From: an uncultured delta proteobacterium
GTDB lineage: Bacteria > Myxococcota > Myxococcia > Myxococcales > 40CM-4-68-19
Length of the DNA stretch: 64,000 bases
Assembly (NCBI GenBank): GCA_903911145.1
Contig: CAIWCD010000013.1
Location: forward strand, 310,001 to 374,000
Direction of reading: 5' to 3'
Position 1 is the first letter of the stretch; every line of letters starts with the position of its first letter. The notes beneath the pieces were generated by a model. It searched no databases. It had not been told where the DNA came from and worked only from the letters and a program-made list of their open reading frames with translations. Below, piece after piece: positions 52,628 to 64,000 of the stretch. Both the position numbers and the translations under genes were made by a program.

Positions 52628-53479
52628 TTAGTCGTGGCTTTCATCTGACGCCGCGCCCTCTGCGGCCGCGACCTCGGCGGTGGCCTCGGCATGCTGTCCG
52701 CGCAGGGCCTCTGCAAGCCGCGTGACCAGCACCGACGGGAGAACGCGCTTGCCGGCCAACTCGGAGATGGCCTCCTCGAGACGCCGCGCGAAACCCTTTG
52801 CCGCGCGCGCGCGATCGACCGGCAGACCTGCCTGCTCGAGCTGCTCGAGGAGCGGACGCGAGCCGAGGATCGCACGCCCCGCGCTCCGCGCCAGACGCCG
52901 CCGCACCCGCCACAGACGCGCTCCAGAAAGTTCACCCAGCACCGCCGAAGCGAGCTTGCGCGCCTGCCCGCTGCGCTGCGCTTCGCCATCCTGCAGCCGC
53001 CCGAGCAGCCTCTGCAGCGGCGGATACGGGAGCGCCTTCTGCAGCAGCGTCTCGACCTCGGGCAGCACGCACTCGCGCACCAGAAGATCGACAGCGGCCT
53101 CGAGCGAATCGCCGTGGTCCGTGAACGAGCGCGCAAACGAGAAGAGCGCATGGGGCGGCGCATCTTCACAAGCGCGCGGGAAGCGCTCCCGGAAGAAGAC
53201 CAGCTGATCCATCCACGCAGCCGCGCGCCGAGAACGCGTCTGGAAATGCTCGATCGGCCCCCGCGCGAGACGAAGGAATCCATCGGGATCCTGCAGCAGG
53301 GCCTCGGAGAGAAGCAGCTCGGGAACAGGGAGGAGCGTCACCGCCGCGTGCTCGGTGCGGGCGAGAAATGCGAGCGCGCGATATGTCGCGACCTGCGCCT
53401 CGGGTCGCGTCTCGAGCGCCCACTTCGCGAGCAACTCGGGCGCGGCGCGCAGCTCTTGAATGTCGTCGTGCGTCCTCAT
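52628..53479 (-). CDS. Hypothetical protein
   Basis: AGGAG RBS, 283 aa, follows the molybdoenzyme genes. Confidence 0.65.
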   Translation of the reverse strand: MRTHDDIQELRAAPELLAKWALETRPEAQVATYRALAFLARTEHAAVTLLPVPELLLSEALLQDPDGFLRLARGPIEHFQTRSRRAAAWMDQLVFFRERFPRACEDAPPHALFSFARSFTDHGDSLEAAVDLLVRECVLPEVETLLQKALPYPPLQRLLGRLQDGEAQRSGQARKLASAVLGELSGARLWRVRRRLARSAGRAILGSRPLLEQLEQAGLPVDRARAAKGFARRLEEAISELAGKRVLPSVLVTRLAEALRGQHAEATAEVAAAEGAASDESHD

Positions 53480-53507
53480 TGCGTCTCCTGTTCGAAGGCT
53501 CGTTCGC

Positions 53508-54503
53508 TCACGAAAGCAGCGCGCGCTCGACTCCGCGGCGCACCAGCACGGGCAGAATCTCCCGCCGCCATTCGGGATCGACCCCGATGTTCGTCAGCGG
53601 CTTGCACTGCCTCTGCGCGCGCAGGCCGAGTTCCTGGCCGAGCGCGCGAATCTCCTCGGGCGTCGAGACCGGGCGCCCGCGCAGCTCGTCGACGTGCCGC
53701 ACCAGCGCGGGCCGGGCTGCAAGCGCGCCGACGCAGAGCCGGAGCGCCGCGACCTTCTGCTCCTCGACGGAAATCGTGACGCCGAAGTTCAGCGCGGGGA
53801 AATCGATCGCCTGCCGCAGGCGCAGCTTTCCATAGGCCTGCCTCAAACGCGCCGCCGCGAGAGGGATGCGCGCTTCAACCAGAAGCTCGTCCCTCGCGAG
53901 CTGCGTATTCTTCACCCCATCCGCGATATAGAAATCATCGAGGGGAATGATTCGCTCGCCTCTCGGCGAGACCAATCGGACCATCGCGCCGAGAGCGACG
54001 AGAATCGGCGCAGTATCATTGGACGCCGCGGCAACGCAGCGCTGCCCGCCTTTAACGACGTGGCAGACGGTGCCGTCCTTCTTCAGGCAATACCCGAGCG
54101 CGCTGCGCCAGAAATGGCTCTGGTTGATATAGACGCAGCGGGTATCGAGGCAGAGATTCCCGCCCACTGTTCCCATCCGCCGCAGTTGCGGCCCGGCGAT
54201 CTGCGAGGCCGCGTCGGCAAGCGACGGAAAGAGTTCAATCACGCGTGCATGGTTGGCGAGTTGATCGACGGAGCACATCGCGCCGATGCGCAACTCGCTC
54301 TCCTCTTCGCGGATATATCGCAGCTCGCGAGATATCCCGCGCAACGCGACGAGATTGCCCGTTTCATACATCCCATACTTCAGATTCGGGACGATATCGG
54401 TGCCGCCTGCCAATAGCCTCGCCCCGGGAATATCGCGCAGGAGCGCGACCGCCTCATCGACGCTCTTGGGTTGGTGGACCGCCAGCATGGGCAGGGTCAG
54501 CAT
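53508..54503 (-). CDS. FAD subunit with [4Fe-4S] insert (HcrB-like)
   Basis: AGGTD, GTVGGNLC, CVYINQS...CLK...CHV...C. Confidence 0.88.
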   Translation of the reverse strand: MLTLPMLAVHQPKSVDEAVALLRDIPGARLLAGGTDIVPNLKYGMYETGNLVALRGISRELRYIREEESELRIGAMCSVDQLANHARVIELFPSLADAASQIAGPQLRRMGTVGGNLCLDTRCVYINQSHFWRSALGYCLKKDGTVCHVVKGGQRCVAAASNDTAPILVALGAMVRLVSPRGERIIPLDDFYIADGVKNTQLARDELLVEARIPLAAARLRQAYGKLRLRQAIDFPALNFGVTISVEEQKVAALRLCVGALAARPALVRHVDELRGRPVSTPEEIRALGQELGLRAQRQCKPLTNIGVDPEWRREILPVLVRRGVERALLS

Positions 54504-56854
54504 GCGGCACCGCGTTGCGCTTCATCGCGCGCGCGAATCAATGCCAGCACCTTCGCCGGCGTGAACGGCAACTCGCGAACGCGGATCCCGCAGGCATCAA
54601 AGAGCGCATTCGCGATTGCGGGTATTGCCGCGTGCAATGGCCCCTCGCCGGCCTCTTTCGCGCCATAGGGCCCATTCGGATCTCCGCTCTCGACGATCGA
54701 TGCGCCAATCAGCGGAGTATCGAGCGAAGTTGGTATCCGATAATCAAGCAGCGACGGCCCACGATGCTGGCCGCTCGCCGTATAGCTCATCTCTTCCAAC
54801 TGCGCCTCGGCGACGCCCATATAGACCGAGCCCTCGATCTGCCCCTCGACCAGCGTGGGATTGAGCGCCTTGCCGCAGTCGTGCGCCGCCCAGACGTTGG
54901 TGCAGCGCCAGAGCCCGGTCTCTTCGTCGACCTCGACCTCGGCGATATGCGCGGTAAATGAATATGCGGGAGAAGCGCCGATGGTGCCACCGCGATATTC
55001 GCCGCCGAGCTTGCCTTCGCCGATATCCTTGGTTCGATATCCGCCCGTCTCAGCGAGAGGCCGACCTTCCCGGGCTTCCGCCCACTGGCAGGCCTGCATG
55101 AACGATGCATTCTTCGCCGCATCGGCCGCGCTGCGAATCGTTCCCAACTCGATTTCAACTTGATCGGCCGCACAGCCAAGCTTATCGGCCGCGGCCAACT
55201 TCAATTGCGTGCGCAGCTTGCCGCAGGCCTCGCGCGCTGCCGTTCCAGTCATGAACGTAACGCGCGAACTATAGGCACCGAGATCGACCGGCGTTAAGTC
55301 GGTATCCGACGCAACGACCGTGACATCGCGCGGATCGCAACCAAGCTCTTCGCTCGCGATCTGACAGAGCAGCGTATTCACGCCTTGGCCGATATCACTC
55401 GCGCCGGAGAATATCGCGACGCGCCCTGAGCGATCGAGCTTCACCAACACTCCGCTCTGGGGCATTTCATTCGGATAGACCGGATATGCCGTGCCGGAGA
55501 TATACATCGAACCAGCGACGCCCAACCCGCGCCCGCGCCCCATGCGGCCGTGGCGCTCCTTCCAGCCGCTCGCGGATTCAACCAACTCGAGGCATTTGAG
55601 AAAGCCATTCGACGTAATGCGCTGGCCATTCACGGTGTCGACGTTCTCGCCGATGAAATTGCGACGCCGCACCTCGATGGGATCGAGCTCTAGTTGCGCC
55701 GCCGCCTCATCGAGCGCGACCTCGAAGGCAAAGCGCGGTTGCACCGAGCCGTGTCCGCGCTTCGGCCCGCAGGGCGGCTTGTTGGTATAGACGCGCGTAC
55801 TATCGAATCGATAACTCCCGAATCGATACGGCCCGGTCAGCAGTTGACCTGAATAGTAGGCGGTGACCAGACCAAAGGAGGCATAGGCCCCGCCATCGAT
55901 CAGGATCTTGTTATCGACCGCTGCAATCCGCCCGTCCGCATCCAGCGCGACCTGCACGTCCATCGTCATGGGATGGCGGCCGCGGTGGGAATAGAAGACC
56001 TCTTCGCGAGTAAACAGCAACTTCACCGGCCGACCGGTCTTGAGCGCCAGCTTCGCCACACAGAATTCGAGCGAGAAGGGATCGCTCTTTCCACCGAACG
56101 CGCCGCCGAGCAGCGGTTGAATCACGCGAATGCGCGCCGGCGCGAGCCCCAGCACGCGCGAGAGTTCGCGATGGACGTAATGGGGAATCTGCGTGCTCGA
56201 CCAGACCGTAAGATTTCCGTCGGCGTCCGCCCGAGCGACCGCGCAATGCGGTTCAATCGCCGCGTGGGTATTGCCGGCATATTCGTAGGTATGGTGCGAA
56301 CGGGCCGTCGCCGCAGAGAGCGCGCCATCGACATCGCCGAACGACAGGCTGACGTGCTTGGTGATATTCCCGACTTTCGCTCGTTCATTCACCTTGATTT
56401 CGGGATGCGCGAGCGCGTCCTGCGGCGACAGCAGCGCGGGCAATACCTCGTAATCAACTTCAATCAACCGCAGCGCGGCCTCGGCCGTGCGTTCGTCGAC
56501 AGCCGCGACGCAGGCGACCTCGTCTCCAACGAAGCGGACATGATCGGTTGCGAGCGCCTGCTCATCATGCGTCCAGGGAATCACGCCATATCGAGCTGGC
56601 ATTTCGCTGCCGATCAGCGTGGCAATCACGCCCGGCAACGCCTCGGCCTTCGACGTATCAATCGAGCGGATGCGGGCGTGGGCATGCGGCGAGCGCAACA
56701 GCTTTGCGTGCAGCATGCGCGGAAACGAGAGATCGTCCGTGAAGATCCCGCTGCCATCCGCCTTCGCCGCCCCGTCGCTCTTGGGAATGCGCGCGCCGAC
56801 GCCTCCGGGTGCATGAATCGGATCGTGCCAGCGATATCCGTTGGTATTGCTCAC
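54497..56854 (-). CDS. Xanthine oxidase-family Mo-binding subunit (HcrA-like)
   Basis: RSPHAHA, STQIPH, GGAFGGK, KRGHG, GQIEG, KEAGEG. Confidence 0.9.
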   Translation of the reverse strand: MSNTNGYRWHDPIHAPGGVGARIPKSDGAAKADGSGIFTDDLSFPRMLHAKLLRSPHAHARIRSIDTSKAEALPGVIATLIGSEMPARYGVIPWTHDEQALATDHVRFVGDEVACVAAVDERTAEAALRLIEVDYEVLPALLSPQDALAHPEIKVNERAKVGNITKHVSLSFGDVDGALSAATARSHHTYEYAGNTHAAIEPHCAVARADADGNLTVWSSTQIPHYVHRELSRVLGLAPARIRVIQPLLGGAFGGKSDPFSLEFCVAKLALKTGRPVKLLFTREEVFYSHRGRHPMTMDVQVALDADGRIAAVDNKILIDGGAYASFGLVTAYYSGQLLTGPYRFGSYRFDSTRVYTNKPPCGPKRGHGSVQPRFAFEVALDEAAAQLELDPIEVRRRNFIGENVDTVNGQRITSNGFLKCLELVESASGWKERHGRMGRGRGLGVAGSMYISGTAYPVYPNEMPQSGVLVKLDRSGRVAIFSGASDIGQGVNTLLCQIASEELGCDPRDVTVVASDTDLTPVDLGAYSSRVTFMTGTAAREACGKLRTQLKLAAADKLGCAADQVEIELGTIRSAADAAKNASFMQACQWAEAREGRPLAETGGYRTKDIGEGKLGGEYRGGTIGASPAYSFTAHIAEVEVDEETGLWRCTNVWAAHDCGKALNPTLVEGQIEGSVYMGVAEAQLEEMSYTASGQHRGPSLLDYRIPTSLDTPLIGASIVESGDPNGPYGAKEAGEGPLHAAIPAIANALFDACGIRVRELPFTPAKVLALIRARDEAQRGAAC

Positions 56855-57498
56855 GTCGCGATCTCCTTGACCTCGACGCGGGGACCATCGACGCCCGGAG
56901 CAGGCTCAGAGCGGACGGGACGCGCATGGCTCGGCATGCGCATCCCCGCGGCAACCTGCACAGCTTCATATATCTTTGTATATCCGGTGCAGCGGCAGAG
57001 ATTGCCGGAGAGAGCCGCTTGAATCTGCGGCAGCGACGGCTGCGGATTGCTATCGAGAAGCGCGCGCGCAGAGAGCATCATCCCAGGCTGGCAGAAGCCA
57101 CATTGAAGCGCGCCGCAATCAGCGAAGGCGCGTTGAATCGAATCGAGGCCCTGCGCTCCGGCGAGACCTTCGATCGTCGTGAGCGCGAGTCCCTGCGCGT
57201 CCTGCGCGAGCGTGATGCACGAGAGAATCGGCTCGCCACGCGAACTGCTTCCCGACGCGCGCGCCGCGTTCTCATCGAGCGGGCGAGCGAGCACCGTGCA
57301 GGCGCCGCAGTCTCCCTTGTCGCATCCCTGCTTGGTGCCAGTCAGGCCCAGCCCATCGCGCAGCGCCTCGAGCAGCGTTGCCTGCGAGGAGACGGCGACC
57401 GACTGCGTTTCGCCATTGATATGCAGCGTGACGAGGACCTGGGTCTGCGAAGGAGCGCTCACGCGCTGGTGATTAGGCCTTCCTGCGCCGCGATTCAA
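56851..57498 (-). CDS. 2x[2Fe-2S] subunit (HcrC/CoxS-like)
   Basis: GCDKGDCGAC, QCGFCQPG, NLCRCTGY. Start may be GTG 57462. Confidence 0.92.
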   Translation of the reverse strand: MNRGAGRPNHQRVSAPSQTQVLVTLHINGETQSVAVSSQATLLEALRDGLGLTGTKQGCDKGDCGACTVLARPLDENAARASGSSSRGEPILSCITLAQDAQGLALTTIEGLAGAQGLDSIQRAFADCGALQCGFCQPGMMLSARALLDSNPQPSLPQIQAALSGNLCRCTGYTKIYEAVQVAAGMRMPSHARPVRSEPAPGVDGPRVEVKEIAT

Positions 57499-57504
57499 GT
57501 CAAC

Positions 57505-58095
57505 TCAAAGCGACTCGGAGCGCGGGAGTGGCGCATGGCACTGGGCGCAGCGATCGTCGGCAGCGACGCGAGAGAAGCACGCGGGGCAGAGCGTGGTCTC
57601 TCCTGCTGAAGCGATCGGGCGCGAGGGGTCGCGAGTGAAGCGACGACGTCTCCGACCGCAATGACTGCAAACCGCGCCAGTGGCGGGCGCGCCGCACCAC
57701 GGACAGATATTCGTCTCTTCCGGCTCGGGTGTACGCGGCGCGAGATCTTCGTCGCGGCCCGAATCAATTTCGAGCAACTCGGCAGTCCAGATGCTCGGCG
57801 CAGAGGAAGCGGCGGGCTGGGAGCCATCGACTTGCAGCGGCTCGATCGCGACCTGCAGCGTCGGCTCCGCAAGCTGCGTGCGCTCAATTCCATCGAGCGC
57901 AGGAATCGTCGCCGGATCGAGCGCTGCCATTGCGAAGGCGGTATCGAGATCGTCCGCGCCGACCTGCGTGTGTTCCTGCCCTGCGAGCATCTCCGGCGCG
58001 TCGTCGGGAATGAGCTCGACAAGCAACTGCTTCCCGCACTGGGCGCAGTCGAGCGCATCTTCCGCGCATTCCGATTCACACAGCGGACAGAGCAT
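57505..58095 (-). CDS. Multi zinc-ribbon protein
   Basis: Six CxxC pairs (two N-terminal, four C-terminal) around an acidic linker. Confidence 0.75.
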   Translation of the reverse strand: MLCPLCESECAEDALDCAQCGKQLLVELIPDDAPEMLAGQEHTQVGADDLDTAFAMAALDPATIPALDGIERTQLAEPTLQVAIEPLQVDGSQPAASSAPSIWTAELLEIDSGRDEDLAPRTPEPEETNICPWCGAPATGAVCSHCGRRRRRFTRDPSRPIASAGETTLCPACFSRVAADDRCAQCHAPLPRSESL

Positions 58096-58539
58096 CTACG
58101 CGGCCTCCTCGGGGTAGTGCGAGAGGCCGATCCGATTTCCCTCGTCGTCGCGGACATAGAGCGTCCAGCGCGTGCGATGAACGATCTCGACGTGCTGCGC
58201 AGCGAGATGCGCTTCCCAATCCGCGCGTGAAGCGGCGTCGATGCGCAGCGAGAGCAGATGCAGGCCTCCGTGCGGATCGCGAAAGGGAGTCAACGGGCGC
58301 TCGGCCTCGCAGGCTTCGAGCGCGATGAACTCGTCGCCCGACGACGCGCCGACAGAGATCCAGAGCGATCGTTCGCCCTTCTTGCCCGCGGCGAGATCTT
58401 CCGGCGACCACGGCCAGCGGCGCAGCACGGAGAGGCCCAACACCTCGACGTAGAAACGCTCTGCACGCGGCAGGTCGCGCACCTGGATCGCCAGGTGGTG
58501 ATGCCCGTGGACCCGAAGAATCGATGCCCCCTCAGCCAT
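58096..58539 (-). CDS. VOC/glyoxalase family protein
   Basis: HHLAIQVRDL..AERFY..VLGL, YVRDDEGNRIGL. Confidence 0.88.
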   Translation of the reverse strand: MAEGASILRVHGHHHLAIQVRDLPRAERFYVEVLGLSVLRRWPWSPEDLAAGKKGERSLWISVGASSGDEFIALEACEAERPLTPFRDPHGGLHLLSLRIDAASRADWEAHLAAQHVEIVHRTRWTLYVRDDEGNRIGLSHYPEEAA

Positions 58540-58777
58540 TGTTCCTGCGTATCACGATTGAATTGAATGAGAGCGGCCTCACGATTGCCGCGCCCAAGGT
58601 CCGATCAGGGTTTCGGCACCAACTGACCGATGTGTTCGACTCCTACCTCAAGCCCTTTCTCCTCTGTGCGAGGAGCGCGGGGGTCGCGCGCAGGCATGAA
58701 CGAGATGAGCCGCACAGTTGCGTTGGTGCTGGTCGAACCCGAAAGATCATCCTGCGATTCCATCGCGAGGAGTTCCG

Positions 58778-59308
58778 ATGCGGCGAACCACTTCATTGCT
58801 CCTGCTCGCGCTCGCAGCTGCCACGCTCGCTGGTTGCGCAGGATCGAAGCCGCTCAACTGCAATGCCGACGCGCAGTGTGATTCGAGCGATCTCTGCGTG
58901 GCGGGCCAATGCCGCGCAGAAGGAAGAGAGGGATTCGGCAGGCAGGTTGCCGGAGATATCAGCGCTGCGACTTTGCAGCAGACGGTCAACGCGTCTGTCG
59001 GCATCGCTCCGGCTGCCGCGACCGCAACGCTGACCGACTCCGATGCGACGGCCCATCGCTTGCGCGTTGATTGCCTCGGTGGCACGCCTTCGCCTGCCGC
59101 GCTCGTGCTGAACGCGCAAGGGTCGGCAACGGTGCAGATCGCGTTGCAGGCGCCGGTCGCGGCGGGCAGCAACACCGTTAAATGCTGGGTGACTTCGCCG
59201 AGCGGGAATACGACGTGGGCTGGCTTCGTCATCAATCTGAATGCGTCCGGTGGCAGCACCGGTGGCACCGGCAACCCAGTCGATCATCTCTATTTCAGTT
59301 CGCGGTGA
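58778..59308 (+). CDS. Lipoprotein with Cys-rich N-terminus and beta-rich domain
   Basis: GAGGAG RBS, lipobox LAGC, CNADAQC...C...C. Confidence 0.7.
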   Translation: MRRTTSLLLLALAAATLAGCAGSKPLNCNADAQCDSSDLCVAGQCRAEGREGFGRQVAGDISAATLQQTVNASVGIAPAAATATLTDSDATAHRLRVDCLGGTPSPAALVLNAQGSATVQIALQAPVAAGSNTVKCWVTSPSGNTTWAGFVINLNASGGSTGGTGNPVDHLYFSSR

Positions 59309-59397
59309 TTGGAGACACGCCCCAGTCAGGCCAATCAAGCAGTGCGACTGCTCCACCGACTTGCGGCCACGACCCAACCGATCCCATAGCTGGAAGA

Positions 59398-60225
59398 ATG
59401 ATCGGGCGTGTCTCTCTGTTCCTCCTGCTGGCGCTGCTTGCTGTCGCGCGGCCGATACACGCCGCGACCGCGCTGGACGGGGAGTTCGACGCGATCGTCT
59501 CGACAACAACACAGCAGAACCATGTTGACGCGCGCGCGCGGATGCTGCGCTGGATCGAAGCACATCAGGGAGATCCACAGTGTGCGCGCGGCCTGCTCTG
59601 GATCGCAGTGCTGGAGCGCGGCGATGGCCGAGGAGAAGCGGCGCGGCCACTGCTTGAGCGCATCCTGCGCGAAGTTCCGGATACGGAGTGGGCGCTGAAT
59701 GCGGAGAGGCAGCTCGCCGATCTCGACCTCGATATCCATCAATATCGTCGAGCTATCGAGACATATGATCGTCTGGCCGCCCTGCCCTCGCCGTACTGGC
59801 ATTACATCGGCAAGACCGCCGGGGACGATGCGCGCAGCCAGCGGGCGCGTTTCTATTCCTTCATCGCGATCGTCGCGGCGCTCCATCTCATCGCGGCGAC
59901 GCGCATCGCGCGAATGGGTCTGCGCGCGCTCTGGCCGCTACCGAATGAACTCGCTTATCCATTGCCTGCGCTGCTGGTGATTCTCGTCGCCGCCGCGGAG
60001 CAGGAGCCGGCGGAAGCGCGCGGGGTGATCACGCTTTCGCTCGGCGCAATCGCGCTGCTCTGGATCAATGGCGCGTGGCTTCGCGCGCATCCTCCTCGAG
60101 GGCCCGCGCGAACAGGCCAGGCGCTTCTCGGCGTGCTGCAGGCCTGCGGCCTCTTCTTCTGCGCCATCATTTCGAGCGGGCTCTGGGAAAAGCTCGTCGA
60201 TACCTGGCAGATGGGAGCTGATTAA
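59398..60225 (+). CDS. TPR-containing membrane protein
   Basis: Signal peptide, TPR-like helices, about four C-terminal TM segments. Confidence 0.7.
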   Translation: MIGRVSLFLLLALLAVARPIHAATALDGEFDAIVSTTTQQNHVDARARMLRWIEAHQGDPQCARGLLWIAVLERGDGRGEAARPLLERILREVPDTEWALNAERQLADLDLDIHQYRRAIETYDRLAALPSPYWHYIGKTAGDDARSQRARFYSFIAIVAALHLIAATRIARMGLRALWPLPNELAYPLPALLVILVAAAEQEPAEARGVITLSLGAIALLWINGAWLRAHPPRGPARTGQALLGVLQACGLFFCAIISSGLWEKLVDTWQMGAD

Positions 60226-61034
60226 TCATCCCCTCCGGGTGCCCAGAGCGCTGCGCGCATCGAGAGCGAGCCGAAATCGAATCCTTGAATCGGATATCGC
60301 GCGATATCCTTCTCGTCGGTCGCCCCATAGCTATAGAGCAGCGGAAGGTAATGGTCGGCCGACGGGTGTGCGAGGCGACCATCGGGCGTCGAGAGCGCAC
60401 GCAGGAGGAACTTGTCGTCGCGCTGTTTGATGGCATTGGCGATATCGGAATCAAATCGAGAAGCCCATTCAGGCGTCGTCGTATCGCCGCGGTGCATGCT
60501 CTGGAACGCGTGCTTGAGGTTGTGCGTGATGTTGCCGCTGCCGAGGATGAGCACCCCCTCGTCGCGCAGCGAACGCAACTTGCGACCGAGCGCGAGATGC
60601 TCCGCGGGCTGCTTGAGCGAATCAATTGCGAGCTGCACGACCGGCACGTCCGCCCTGGGAAAGAGATGGCAGAGGACTGACCAGGTCCCGTGATCGAGGC
60701 CCCAGTCGGTGAGCAACTGCGCATCGGGGCCGAGTTCCTGCGCGACGTGGGCCGCGAGCGAGCGATCGCCAGGTGCCGGGTACTGCATCGCGTAGAGCTC
60801 GGGAGGAAAGCCGCCGAAGTCGTGAATCGTCTTCGGGCGCACGTCATCCGTCAGCGCCGTCTCCGCGATGAACCAGTGAGCCGAGATGGAGAGGATCGCG
60901 CGCGGCCGCGGCAGCTCTGCCGCCAATGAGATGAAAGCGCGACTCCAGCGATTGTCTTCGATGGCGTTCATCGGCGAGCCGTGGCCGAGAAAGAGAACGG
61001 GCTGGCGGAGCGGAGTCGAGGCTTGCGTCGTCAT
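60222..61034 (-). CDS. DODA-type (YgiD/LigB class III) extradiol dioxygenase
   Basis: HGSPM, SAHW, IHDFGGFP, GLDHG, GSGNITHNL, AHP..DHYLP. Confidence 0.92.
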   Translation of the reverse strand: MTTQASTPLRQPVLFLGHGSPMNAIEDNRWSRAFISLAAELPRPRAILSISAHWFIAETALTDDVRPKTIHDFGGFPPELYAMQYPAPGDRSLAAHVAQELGPDAQLLTDWGLDHGTWSVLCHLFPRADVPVVQLAIDSLKQPAEHLALGRKLRSLRDEGVLILGSGNITHNLKHAFQSMHRGDTTTPEWASRFDSDIANAIKQRDDKFLLRALSTPDGRLAHPSADHYLPLLYSYGATDEKDIARYPIQGFDFGSLSMRAALWAPGGDD

Positions 61035-61161
61035 GGCAGTTCAGATGCCTCGCTGCTCGGCCAGATGCGCTTCGCCAGCGCACGGATTGCGCCGGCGCGG
61101 CCGACGGGATATGAGCCGCGACCTTTCCGCAGTCCCCGCAGCAACGAGACGAAAGAGAACA

Positions 61162-63105
<1,944 letters not shown>

Positions 63106-63406
63106 CGACGCGGTGTCGTGACGCTCCCGGCGCCCGAGGCGGCGGGGAGCTCAGCGGCGAACACGCTCTGCTCGGCCCGGGGACGCGATCAGGATTTCGA
63201 GGCGTGGAGCGCGCCTTTTGCTCACGGAGCCGGGCGCTGGCGAAACCAGAGGCGCGATCGGAACGCCGTGCAGCGTGATGGGCTGAACGAAATGTTCGCC
63301 GTCCCGCTCCCGCCGCCTCCGGCGCCTCTTGCACGTCGACGAAGGCAGTGCGCTCGATCGTGAGGACCGGACGGAAGAGACGTCGCGCTGTTCAGTATGG
63401 ATGCGC

Positions 63407-64000
63407 CTATAGCCCGAGCGACTTGATGAATCCGTCGAGCGGAACCGACCAGAGCTTCCCTCCGACGCGCAAAAGATCGTGGCCCTCGCCCGTCGAGATC
63501 GGCTCGGTCTCGATGAACTGGCCATGCCCGCCGCCGTCTTCGTAGGCCTTGAACCAGGCGCGCGGCATCTCCGCGCCCCAGTAGTGATCGTTGGGCGCAT
63601 AGAGCCAGATCGACGGCGGCGCGGACGATGCTTCCATCTGCAGATAGAGTTCGCTGAGCGCTTGCGGTTGGCAGCTGTGATCGGGCGAGGTGGCCGCATT
63701 CCCGCCTGCGCCGCCGGAAAAATTCACACAACCGATCACACCCGGCAGATGCTTCGCACACGCGTTGATCGCGGCGACTCCGCCCACCGATTGGCCTTCG
63801 ATGATGACGCTCTTCGGATCGGCCCACGGCTGCTTCGCGACCCAGGCGAGCGTGCTCACTGCAGCCTCAGCCCCAACGTCGGAGGTGCTGCGATAGTCAT
63901 ACTTTTGCGTGCAGAACTGGTTGCTCGGGCCTGAGTTGCTCTCCTGATCGGCGCCACCGTTCGCGCCATATCCGGGGCGAATTGGCGCGACGACAGCGAA
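63407..64000 (-). CDS. Dienelactone hydrolase-like alpha/beta hydrolase (5' part outside the window)
   Basis: Frame open from 64000 (FAVVAPIRPGYG...), GQSVGG nucleophile elbow, NDHYW, EGH. Confidence 0.8.
   Translation of the reverse strand, partial: FAVVAPIRPGYGANGGADQESNSGPSNQFCTQKYDYRSTSDVGAEAAVSTLAWVAKQPWADPKSVIIEGQSVGGVAAINACAKHLPGVIGCVNFSGGAGGNAATSPDHSCQPQALSELYLQMEASSAPPSIWLYAPNDHYWGAEMPRAWFKAYEDGGGHGQFIETEPISTGEGHDLLRVGGKLWSVPLDGFIKSLGL

Noticed and set aside
63118..63363. Small ORF after typA
   Set aside because: No RBS, motif or convincing composition.

Overview
High-GC chromosomal window, probably from a Myxococcota/deltaproteobacterial genome (inferred from gene content). It is mostly housekeeping and metabolic genes: a partial PLP aminotransferase, an HK plus sigma54 activator, recJ, a broken YfhO-like gene, queA-tgt-yajC-secD-secF with a divergent queE-phzF-folE2 operon, a compact FliA-like sigma factor, ppk1 plus an EEP phosphatase, MoxR, RseP, NUDIX, folD, metF, an OmpR-type two-component system, rfbC, fadIJ, a Yip1-TolC-MFP-ABC exporter, two PilT-family ATPases, an hcrCAB-like molybdoenzyme operon, a DODA-type dioxygenase and typA. 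I saw no tRNA, rRNA, CRISPR array, integrase or transposase. The most unusual signals are: (1) a dispersed 12-bp palindromic repeat (TTKG-N4-SMAA, often at 15-bp period) at gene junctions and also translated in-frame inside unrelated proteins, with FolE2 and the efflux adaptor sharing a 27/30-nt copy; (2) a hairpin that buries the SD and start codon of a small membrane ORF; (3) a PilT pair with complementary His-box losses and an MshEN-like fusion; (4) a PhzF-family enzyme coupled between queE and folE2; (5) a sigma factor that seems to start at ATT. All calls come from reading motifs by eye; no searches were run.
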